Shown here in pieces: positions 56,996 to 64,000 of a DNA stretch of 64,000 bases. The translations under genes were made by a program, and so were the position numbers. The stretch's first letter is position 1. Each line of letters opens with the position of its first letter. The notes below the pieces were generated by a model. The model was not told the origin of the DNA. It made no database searches and was given only the letters and a program-made list of their open reading frames with translations. The stretch comes from an uncultured Eubacteriales bacterium (lineage in GTDB: Bacteria; Bacillota; Clostridia; Oscillospirales; Oscillospiraceae): positions 31,345-95,344 of the forward strand of contig UQZA01000002.1 of the NCBI GenBank assembly GCA_900545515.1. Direction: 5' to 3'.

Positions 56996-57478
56996 ATGAA
57001 GCGGCTTTGCTATGTGGGCTTTCTGGCCACGGTTCTGCTGGGAACGGGCTTGCATTTTCTCTATGCCTGGCGGCCCATTCCCCTGTTTGGTTTATTTGCG
57101 CCGGTCAACGAGAGTGTTTGGGAGCACCTAAAGCTGCTCTACTGGCCGTTTCTGGTAGTCTGCGGGGTGCTGTCCCACTGGGCGCCGTCTCCGGTTTCCT
57201 TCTGGGGGGCGGCCTGCGGGAGTCTGCTGGCTATGCCGCCGGTTCTGCTGGGAAGCTGGTACACGGCCCGGTATGGCTTTGGGGTGGAGTCCACTGCTTT
57301 TGACATTGGGCTGTATGGCCTGGTGGTGGCCTTGGGCTTTCTTTTGCTATGCCGTTTGCAGAAACGGCCCTGGACGGAGCGGCAAGTGGGGATCTGCATC
57401 ATGCTGGCGGGGCTGTGGGGCGGCGCCCTTCTGATTGGCTCTGCCGCACCCTTGGAGCTTCCCCTGTTCGAGCCGTAA
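56996..57478 (+). CDS. Hypothetical integral membrane protein
   Basis: Five hydrophobic segments. Confidence 0.5.
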   Translation: MKRLCYVGFLATVLLGTGLHFLYAWRPIPLFGLFAPVNESVWEHLKLLYWPFLVVCGVLSHWAPSPVSFWGAACGSLLAMPPVLLGSWYTARYGFGVESTAFDIGLYGLVVALGFLLLCRLQKRPWTERQVGICIMLAGLWGGALLIGSAAPLELPLFEP

Positions 57479-57651
57479 AAATCGTTCGACGGGAAGCGGC
57501 AAGCTCTGCTGTTTTCTTCGAAAACCTGGGAAAATGCCTGGAAATTTTCAGAAAAAGTTCCCGATTTCCTTTCGGTTTTGTCGCTTTCTGCGTTATTTTT
57601 TTCTGTCTTTTTAGAATCAAATGTGATTCAATAGAGACGGGGGGCGAGGAC

Positions 57652-57942
57652 ATGACCAGAAGCATTTTGATGTATGAGCGGCCGTATCACGATGAAACGG
57701 GACGGCGGTTCCTGCTGCAGTATTATCTCCTCATCGATGAGGTAATTTTCGGCTGCAACAGCCTGGAAATTTATGGGGCGAAGACGCTATTATTCCAAGG
57801 GGATACGCTCCTGGATCAAAAGGCCATTCGAGGTCTGACGCCCTTTGGCCCCAAAATCACCTCGATTCTCAATTGCTTGGCAGATGGCTTGATCCAGCCG
57901 AAGGCTATGGAGCATATGGTTTTCGATATGGTTTGCGCCTGA
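57652..57942 (+). CDS. Hypothetical protein (96 aa)
   Basis: ATG after a GGGGGCGAGG stretch. No known domain. Confidence 0.35.
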   Translation: MTRSILMYERPYHDETGRRFLLQYYLLIDEVIFGCNSLEIYGAKTLLFQGDTLLDQKAIRGLTPFGPKITSILNCLADGLIQPKAMEHMVFDMVCA

Positions 57943-57956
57943 TATGCGGAAAATAC

Positions 57957-57985
57957 TGGACATGGGGAAAATCCTTTGCTATAAT
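57957..57985 (+). promoter_or_regulatory. nrdR promoter (-35 TGGACA, 17 nt, -10 TATAAT)
   Basis: TGGACATGGGGAAAATCCTTTGCTATAAT. Confidence 0.5.
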
Positions 57986-58016
57986 GTACAAAAGCATACG
58001 GAGAGGAGCCAATTCC

Positions 58017-58472
58017 ATGAAATGTCCTTACTGCGGCGACCAGGAAAGTAAGGTGGTGGATTCCCGCCACTCTGACGATGGCCTCAGCATCCGGCGGCGG
58101 CGGGAGTGCCTGTCCTGCCAGAAGCGGTTTACCACATATGAAACGGTGGAGAGTCTGCCCATCATTGTCGTCAAAAAGGATGGCAGCCGCCAGTCCTTTG
58201 ACCGGAACAAGGTGCTCAATGGCATGGTCCGGGCCTGCGAGAAGCGGCCGGTGCCTCTGGCCTCCCTGGAGCAGGCGGTTTCGGAGATTGAGCAAATTTT
58301 GCAGAACTCTTTGGAGCGGGAGGTCCGGTCCGAGACCATCGGCGAACTGGTGATGGAGCGCCTGAGGCGGCTGGACGAGGTTTCTTACGTGCGGTTTGCC
58401 TCTGTCTACCGGCAATTTAAAGACGTGCACAGCTTTATGGACGAGCTAAACAAATTTTTGGAAGAAAAGTAA
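58017..58472 (+). CDS. nrdR: Transcriptional repressor NrdR
   Basis: MKCPYCG...C..C zinc ribbon plus ATP-cone. Confidence 0.9.
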   Translation: MKCPYCGDQESKVVDSRHSDDGLSIRRRRECLSCQKRFTTYETVESLPIIVVKKDGSRQSFDRNKVLNGMVRACEKRPVPLASLEQAVSEIEQILQNSLEREVRSETIGELVMERLRRLDEVSYVRFASVYRQFKDVHSFMDELNKFLEEK

Positions 58473-58485
58473 AAGGGGGAGCCCC

Positions 58486-58902
58486 ATGACAGTTTGGAGA
58501 ATACTCAGTTTTCTGATCCTGCTTACGCCGGTTCTCACCCTGATTCTGGGGCTAATTTGCTGGCGGTATCCGCCCAAGGGTCCCACGTGGGCGTTGGGTT
58601 ACCGGTCCCGCCGGGCCCGGGCCAGCCGGGAGGCCTGGCAGTTTGCCCAGAATGTGGCGGGCCAGATTTGGCTTTGCCTGGGGCTGACGTTGACGGCGGT
58701 GTTCGCCATTGTGTGCATATGCTTGCGGAACCGGGGGGTAGAGACCCTGTGCCAGGCGGCTCTGATTTGCATCATCGTGGAGGATCTTTTGGTGTTTGCC
58801 TCCATGGTTCCCACAGAGGTGCTGCTCACCCGCCGCTTTGACCGGCTGGGCCGGTGGCGGGAGCCTGCCCAACCCAAGGCAAAAAGGCGCAGTGCAGAGT
58901 AA
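58486..58902 (+). CDS. SdpI/YhfL-family membrane protein
   Basis: Four TM helices. CWRYPPKGPTWALGYRSRRA is the SdpI-like motif. Confidence 0.55.
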   Translation: MTVWRILSFLILLTPVLTLILGLICWRYPPKGPTWALGYRSRRARASREAWQFAQNVAGQIWLCLGLTLTAVFAIVCICLRNRGVETLCQAALICIIVEDLLVFASMVPTEVLLTRRFDRLGRWREPAQPKAKRRSAE

Positions 58903-58980
58903 AAAACGGCTTGGAGGAAACGCAGACGAGAGTGACTCGCCGCGTTTCCCCCAAGCCTTTTTGATTTTTAGAACAGAAGC

Positions 58981-59709
58981 TCAGGCGCCCTGGGTGATTT
59001 GAGGAAGAAAATGCAGATTGGACGCATTGAACTCCACCCGGTTTTTGGGATAGGAGACGGACCCTGTCACCGTGCCCGGGAGCTGCGCGTCATCCTCCCA
59101 GGTGATGCGGACCAGAGGCATCTGCTGGGCGTAGTCCTTCCAGGCGCCGTTTGCCTGCATCTGGGCGTCGGTTTGCTCCGCCGCCTTTTGGAACGCCTCC
59201 AGATCCTCCCCGCTCAGGTATTGGGTGACTGGTGTGGCGCTGTGCCAGAAAGCGAAGTGCTGGGTTTCCGCCAGGGTTTCCTCCTCGTATCCAACGCCGC
59301 CCGCCCCGGTGCGCAGAGACGTGAACTGCTGCACGCTGCTGCCGTAGGTGCTGGTCAATTGGGCTTTGACCTGGGCCATATCGGCCTCGTCAGGATACAC
59401 CAGGAGCACATTCACCAGACGCAGGACGCCGGCGTCGTCCTCCTGGAAGGAGAATACAGCGTGGCTGGTGGTCTCGCCGAAGCATTCCAGCTGCTCAATG
59501 GCAAAGGCAGGCTGCTCCCCAGAGTCGCTGGTCGTGACGGCGTCCTGGGAGACGCCATAGGCCGCCATGACTTCCTCCGGAGTCATCTCCCAGGAGGTTT
59601 TGGGGAATTCCAAGAGTCGGCCCTCGCCCTGTACCGGGGCAGCGCAGGCTGTCAAAAGCAAGGCCAGGCCTACCAGTGCGCAGAAGAACGACCAATTGCG
59701 TTTTTTCAT
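58981..59709 (-). CDS. Lipoprotein of unknown function
   Basis: MKKRNWSFFCALVGLALLLTAC (lipobox). Confidence 0.6.
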   Translation of the reverse strand: MKKRNWSFFCALVGLALLLTACAAPVQGEGRLLEFPKTSWEMTPEEVMAAYGVSQDAVTTSDSGEQPAFAIEQLECFGETTSHAVFSFQEDDAGVLRLVNVLLVYPDEADMAQVKAQLTSTYGSSVQQFTSLRTGAGGVGYEEETLAETQHFAFWHSATPVTQYLSGEDLEAFQKAAEQTDAQMQANGAWKDYAQQMPLVRITWEDDAQLPGTVTGSVSYPKNRVEFNASNLHFLPQITQGA

Positions 59710-60035
59710 GAAAATCCCTCCTTCGGTCATGTTTCAGAATTTACAGCTTTTCCTATCATACGGGGAAACCTGCTAATGTATAAGCATATTATATATTAAA
59801 TTCTGCGCTGTGTCAACCTGGTTCAACTAAATTGGGGAAATAGCCCATCACCTATACTGGGCCTTCCAAAGGCACTGACGCGGGACGCTCCTGCGCCCAT
59901 GCAGGAGCGAGGTATTCCGTCGGTTTTAATGGCGGATTCGGCCATGCTGTGGATCGATTGTGCAATAAAAAGACATTCCTTGTGATCAGGGCGTGAAAAA
60001 GACGCGGATTGCTATGGAATTGGGGGATTTTTTTC

Positions 60036-60064
60036 TTGACAAGCCAGAGAAAATCCGCTATACT
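60036..60064 (+). promoter_or_regulatory. ylxM-ffh promoter (-35 TTGACA, 17 nt, -10 TATACT)
   Basis: TTGACAAGCCAGAGAAAATCCGCTATACT. Confidence 0.55.
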
Positions 60065-60106
60065 AGGGAAGCTGTTAAGGGAAAAGCCTTGATAGGAGGG
60101 AGCCCT

Positions 60107-60457
60107 GTGAAGCTGGAGGAACTGGAGTTATCCCTGCTGTTTGACTATTACGGGGAGCTGCTGACGGAAAAGCAGCGGACCTGCTTTGAGCTGTATTACA
60201 ACCAGGATTTTTCCCTGGGGGAGATTGCCGGGGAGGCCGGGATCAGCCGCCAGGCGGTGTACGACACCTTGGCCCGGGCGGAGAGCGCCCTGCGGACCAT
60301 GGAGGGAAGAGTCGGCGCGGTGGCCCGGGATTTGGCCTGCCGGAAGGCGCTGGCCCGCATTCGTCAGGCGGCAGAGACCTTGGCCCAGAGTGAGGATCCA
60401 GTCACGGCCGGTCTGGCTGGGGAAATTCTGGAGGCTGCCGCCACCATGAAGGAGTAA
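60107..60457 (+). CDS. ylxM: YlxM/UPF0122 sigma-region-4-like DNA-binding protein
   Basis: LSLLFDYYGELLTEKQRTCFELYYNQDFSLGEIAGEAGISRQAVYDTLARAESAL. GTG start after GGAGGGAG, downstream of the promoter. Confidence 0.8.
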   Translation: MKLEELELSLLFDYYGELLTEKQRTCFELYYNQDFSLGEIAGEAGISRQAVYDTLARAESALRTMEGRVGAVARDLACRKALARIRQAAETLAQSEDPVTAGLAGEILEAAATMKE

Positions 60458-60460
60458 ACT

Positions 60461-61813
60461 ATGGCGTTTGAAGGCTTAACTGAAAAATTATCCGCCACCT
60501 TTAAAAAGCTCCGCGGCAAGGGACGCCTGAAGGAGTCCGACGTCAAGGAGGCCATGCGGGAGATCCGCCTGGCCCTTTTGGAGGCCGATGTGAGCTACAA
60601 GGTGGTGAAGGACTTCACCAAGTCGGTGACGGAGCGCTGCATCGGCGCCGACGTGCTGGAGTCTCTGACGCCTGCCCAGATGATTGTGAAAATCGTCAAC
60701 GAGGAGCTCACCCGCCTCATGGGCAGCGAAACTCAACACATTACCATCAACCCCAAAGGTCCCACCGTGGTGATGCTGGTGGGCCTCCAGGGCGCAGGCA
60801 AAACCACCAACGGCTCGAAGCTGGCCGGACTCATGAAGCGCCAGGGCCGGAACCCCCTACTGGTGGCCTGTGACATCTACCGCCCCGCCGCCATCCGGCA
60901 GCTGGAGGTCTGCGGCGAGAAGCTGGGTTTGCCGGTGTTCCAAATGGGTCAGACCAATCCGGTGGACATCGCCAAGGCTGCTGTGCAGCATGCCATTCGC
61001 CACGGCAATGACATGGTGTTCCTGGATACTGCCGGCCGGCTCCACATCGATGAGACATTGATGGAGGAGCTGAAGGCGGTGAAGGCGGCAGTGAATCCCC
61101 AGGAGATTATGCTGGTGGTGGACGCCATGACCGGCCAAGACGCGGTGAACGCTGCCCAGAGCTTCAACGAGTGGCTGGACATCGACAGCGTTATGCTCAC
61201 CAAGCTGGACGGCGACGCCAGAGGTGGCGCTGCCCTTTCCGTCCGGGCGGTGACCGGCAAGCCCATAAAGTTTGTGGGCACCGGGGAGAAGCTGGAGAAC
61301 ATTGAGGCCTTCCATCCGGACCGGATGGCCTCCCGCATCCTGGGCATGGGCGATGTGCTCAGCCTCATCGAGAAGGCAGAGAAGGCCTATGACGCCAAAA
61401 AGGCTGCCGAGCTGGAGGAGAAGCTCCGGTCCAACAAGTTCACGTTGGCCGATTTTTATGACCAGCTGGTCCAGCTGAAATCCATGGGCTCCATGCAGGA
61501 AATTTTGGCTCAGCTGCCAGGCGGGGCCAATATGAAGGATCTGAAGGTGGATGAGAAGGCCATGACCCGGACCGAGGCCATCATTCTCTCCATGACCCCC
61601 AAGGAGCGGGACAACCCCTCCATCATCAACGCCAGCCGGAAGCAGCGGATTGCCCAGGGTGCGGGAGTCCGCCCCCAGGATGTCAATTCCCTCCTGAGCC
61701 AATTTGAAACTATGCGGAAGCTGGTGCGCCAGTTCTCCGGCCCCGGCGCAGGGAAAAAAATGAAGCGCATGGGCCGCATGAAGGGCATGCCCGGGGGCAT
61801 CCCCGGCCTGTGA
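60461..61813 (+). CDS. ffh: Signal recognition particle protein Ffh
   Basis: N, G (GLQGAGKTT, DTAGR) and M (Met-rich) domains. Confidence 0.95.
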   Translation: MAFEGLTEKLSATFKKLRGKGRLKESDVKEAMREIRLALLEADVSYKVVKDFTKSVTERCIGADVLESLTPAQMIVKIVNEELTRLMGSETQHITINPKGPTVVMLVGLQGAGKTTNGSKLAGLMKRQGRNPLLVACDIYRPAAIRQLEVCGEKLGLPVFQMGQTNPVDIAKAAVQHAIRHGNDMVFLDTAGRLHIDETLMEELKAVKAAVNPQEIMLVVDAMTGQDAVNAAQSFNEWLDIDSVMLTKLDGDARGGAALSVRAVTGKPIKFVGTGEKLENIEAFHPDRMASRILGMGDVLSLIEKAEKAYDAKKAAELEEKLRSNKFTLADFYDQLVQLKSMGSMQEILAQLPGGANMKDLKVDEKAMTRTEAIILSMTPKERDNPSIINASRKQRIAQGAGVRPQDVNSLLSQFETMRKLVRQFSGPGAGKKMKRMGRMKGMPGGIPGL

Positions 61814-61879
61814 TCGTTCGTAACCGGCCCCTTTGGGCTTTACGATATATATTACTATGATATTTGGAGGTGAAACCCC

Positions 61880-62119
61880 ATGGTGAAGATCAGACTGAGA
61901 AGAATGGGTGCAAAGAAGGCTCCGTACTACCGCATTGTGGTTGCCGACTCCCGGTCTCCCCGGGATGGCCGCTGCATCGAGGAAATCGGCGCCTACAATC
62001 CCCTGACCGAGCCCGCTACCATTACGGTGGACAGCGAAAAGGCGAAGACCTGGATTCAGAACGGCGCCCAGCCCACCGATACAGTCCGGGGCCTGTTGAA
62101 GAAGGCCGGTGTGCTGTAA
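61880..62119 (+). CDS. rpsP: 30S ribosomal protein S16
   Basis: [25 protein letters not shown]. Confidence 0.95.
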   Translation: MVKIRLRRMGAKKAPYYRIVVADSRSPRDGRCIEEIGAYNPLTEPATITVDSEKAKTWIQNGAQPTDTVRGLLKKAGVL

Positions 62120-62141
62120 GATGGCCGAAGGAGCGTTGGCT

Positions 62142-62372
62142 ATGAAAGAGCTTTTGCTGTACGTGGCAAAAAACCTGGTCGATCATCCGGACGCAGTTAG
62201 CGTCACCCAAACCGAAGGCGAGGACGGAACCCTGCTGGAGCTCCGGGTTGCCTCTGAGGATATGGGGAAGGTCATTGGCCGGCAAGGCAGAATCGCCAAG
62301 GAAATCCGGACCATTGTCAAAACCGTTGCCCAGCGCAATGGGGAGAGAATTACGGTGGACATTGTCGATTAA
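62142..62372 (+). CDS. khpA: KH-domain RNA-binding protein KhpA
   Basis: MGKVIGRQGRIAKEIRTIVKT (GxxG KH motif). Confidence 0.85.
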   Translation: MKELLLYVAKNLVDHPDAVSVTQTEGEDGTLLELRVASEDMGKVIGRQGRIAKEIRTIVKTVAQRNGERITVDIVD

Positions 62373-62377
62373 AACAA

Positions 62378-62428
62378 ACGGGATATGGATTGCTGTACCG
62401 CAGTCCATATCCCTTGTTTTTATGTTTC
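62378..62428 (+). terminator. Rho-independent terminator after khpA
   Basis: GGGATATGGA...TCCATATCCC followed by TTGTTTTTAT. Confidence 0.6.
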
Positions 62429-63460
62429 GATTGTCCGGGGGCACTTTGGCAGGGTCTTCCGAAGGACCTGAGTCAGGGATTCGCTCCGGATGTTTGCGGC
62501 AGTAGGCCCCTCCGGCGTCACAGCTTGGCCGTCTGCCAGGAAGGTCAGGGAGCAGGGGTCGTCAGAAACGACCTGGTCAATGGCTAAGAGATCCTGGGTC
62601 AGCTCCATGAGGCCAAACGGGTAGGAGTGAGCCGTCCGGGCGTTTTGCACCTGCTGGAATACGGCCTGCTGCGTCTCTGGGGATGCACCTTGGGCGTATA
62701 GCAGAACCAACAGGCTACCCAAGGGCTGAAGTTCCTCCAGCTGGGCGGGTAGGGTGGCTGCGGTTTCGTCGGAGTAGTCCAGGTGCAGGGCGTAAGGCAT
62801 CCGCTCCTCTTCCAGGGCGCGGCACAGCTCCAGAACCAGGGGCCCGTGGGCATCCACTGAGAGCAGGAGGTTGGGAAACCGGGCCAGGTTGGCCAGGTTC
62901 CAGTCAGCGCCCCGGGCCCCAGTGGTGAATACCACAAAGGCACAGGTGGGGTGCTCCCGGAGCAGCTGCTCCAGTACGTCCTGCTCCAACTGGAAATCCT
63001 GCAAAAGGAAAACCCGAATCCCCAGCTCTGTCCCCTCAGTCACCAGTCGCTGCAAATAGAGCCGGGACAGGCCCTGGCTCCCGGCCTGTATGGTGAGGGC
63101 CCAGGGGACATTGAAGCCTTGGGCAGCCTCAATCTCCCGGATGCGCCGGGCCCCCTTGCTGCAGGCCTCATAGCCCACATTGATTCCAAAGGTCTTCAGG
63201 GTCTGGCGGTCACAGGTTCGCAGCGCCCGGTCCAGGAGCTGATAATAAGGGCTGGTCTCATTTTCCAGCATACTCCGGCATAGGGTCAGAAAGTGACGCT
63301 CAAAGGTCCCCTTGGAAAAGGTGAGCGCCAGGTCTACCAGATTCCGAAGGGAGCGGTGGGCGTCCCGCTCCATATCCCGCAGTGCCCGGTCCACGGTATT
63401 CTCAATCAGAAGCCGGGTCAAATCTCGTTTCCGCAAAGAAATTCCCCCTCTATGGGTCAT
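62420..63460 (-). CDS. Hypothetical protein (346 aa)
   Basis: Long ORF with coding-like composition and no recognisable motif. Confidence 0.4.
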   Translation of the reverse strand: MTHRGGISLRKRDLTRLLIENTVDRALRDMERDAHRSLRNLVDLALTFSKGTFERHFLTLCRSMLENETSPYYQLLDRALRTCDRQTLKTFGINVGYEACSKGARRIREIEAAQGFNVPWALTIQAGSQGLSRLYLQRLVTEGTELGIRVFLLQDFQLEQDVLEQLLREHPTCAFVVFTTGARGADWNLANLARFPNLLLSVDAHGPLVLELCRALEEERMPYALHLDYSDETAATLPAQLEELQPLGSLLVLLYAQGASPETQQAVFQQVQNARTAHSYPFGLMELTQDLLAIDQVVSDDPCSLTFLADGQAVTPEGPTAANIRSESLTQVLRKTLPKCPRTIET

Positions 63461-63786
63461 CCGTTTTTGTTATCATACCTTGCCCCGGGCCGGGAATGTA
63501 GGGACAGTTTTCCGGTTCTGTCCAAAAGAAGTTATGGAAGTTACCGGCCCGGGCTTGGGGCCGGCTGCCGTCCTCCGGCGTTGCGGCGGGATTGCTCATT
63601 TGGGCCACTGTGGTATATAATTGGAAAACAGGAATCTTTGGCGGGGCGCCACCATCTAAATCATATGTTGAAGAGCCTGCTGCAAAATGTAAATTCTGCG
63701 GCAGGCTCTTTCCTTGCTGTTTCATCCATTGCTGGTGCGGGTTTGACTGGAATGCTTCCGACTCATTTGGCGCTGCTACCGGCCTT

Positions 63787-64000
63787 ACAGCAGAAAATGC
63801 TCCAGCTCCTGAACAAAGCGGCGGAGGGAAGCGGTGTTTAGGGTGTAGTAGATTCCGGTACCACGCTTGCTGACGGAGACAAAGCCCTCTCGCACCAGCA
63901 TGTTCATGTGATAGGAGATGGTGGTAGGAGCCAAGCCCAGCTTCTCGGAGAGATCCAAGCCGTTAAATTCGGAGGCCTTGAGAATCCGAAAAATCTCGAG
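63787..64000 (-). CDS. ArsR/SmtB-family transcriptional regulator, 3' part only; the N-terminus lies beyond the window end
   Basis: The reverse-strand frame reads ...LGLAPTTISYHMNMLVREGFVSVSKRGTGIYYTLN... (wHTH), then a stop. Confidence 0.55.

Noticed and set aside
1-64000. CRISPR arrays, tRNA or rRNA genes
   Set aside because: No regularly spaced direct repeats, no GGTTCGAATCC-type T-loops in intergenic regions, and no rRNA-like sequence noticed.

Overview
This 64-kb window is a high-GC (about 60%) chromosomal region from a Clostridia-like, spore-forming Firmicute, with no rRNA, tRNA or CRISPR detected and probably near the origin of replication. Origin-proximal markers are soj/parA, spo0J/parB, two perfect parS sites, serS, and ylxM-ffh-rpsP-khpA. 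Sporulation and division markers are yabP, yabQ, divIC and an S1-domain yabR-like gene. Two S-layer-homology (SLH) surface proteins are also present. From left to right the window contains: (1) an ECF sigma factor translationally coupled to a membrane-anchored serpin-domain protein that runs off the left edge; (2) an Rrf2-cysK-nifS-nifU operon; (3) an AraC regulator and a TraX-like gene; (4) the two SLH proteins; (5) serS, a coiled-coil gene, parB, parA and parS; (6) asd, dusB, comEB, rpsO and pnp; (7) a 750-bp GC-rich non-coding region of unknown nature; (8) an M23 peptidase, tatD and rlmD; (9) a roughly 3-kb low-GC islet between rlmD and mnmA that carries a GNAT gene, two gene remnants, and a two-gene EVE/PUA-like reader plus PD-(D/E)xK (Mrr-cat-like) nuclease pair, the best candidate for an undescribed modification-dependent defence module; (10) a 12-gene purine operon on the minus strand (purE-C-F'-F-M-N-O-[IS200/RAYT]-B-H-D-L) preceded by a ZTP riboswitch with a terminator, and showing a cysteine-less PurF paralog, a split PurH (AICARFT-only plus PurO-like) and a PurD with a Sel1-like tail; (11) rpiB, an SDR, the yabR-divIC-yabQ-yabP block, rluD, lspA, a NusG-II protein and apbE; (12) a metal (probably nickel) module made of a His-rich protein and a CooT-like protein, divergent from a CsoR/RcnR-family repressor; (13) a rluA-like gene and an AI-2E permease; (14) an ACT-domain protein followed by an aspartokinase that lacks its own ACT domains; (15) nrdR, an SdpI-like gene, a lipoprotein, ylxM-ffh-rpsP-khpA, a hypothetical gene and a partial ArsR regulator at the right edge. 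Coordinates derived by reading the sequence by eye may be off by 1-3 nt.
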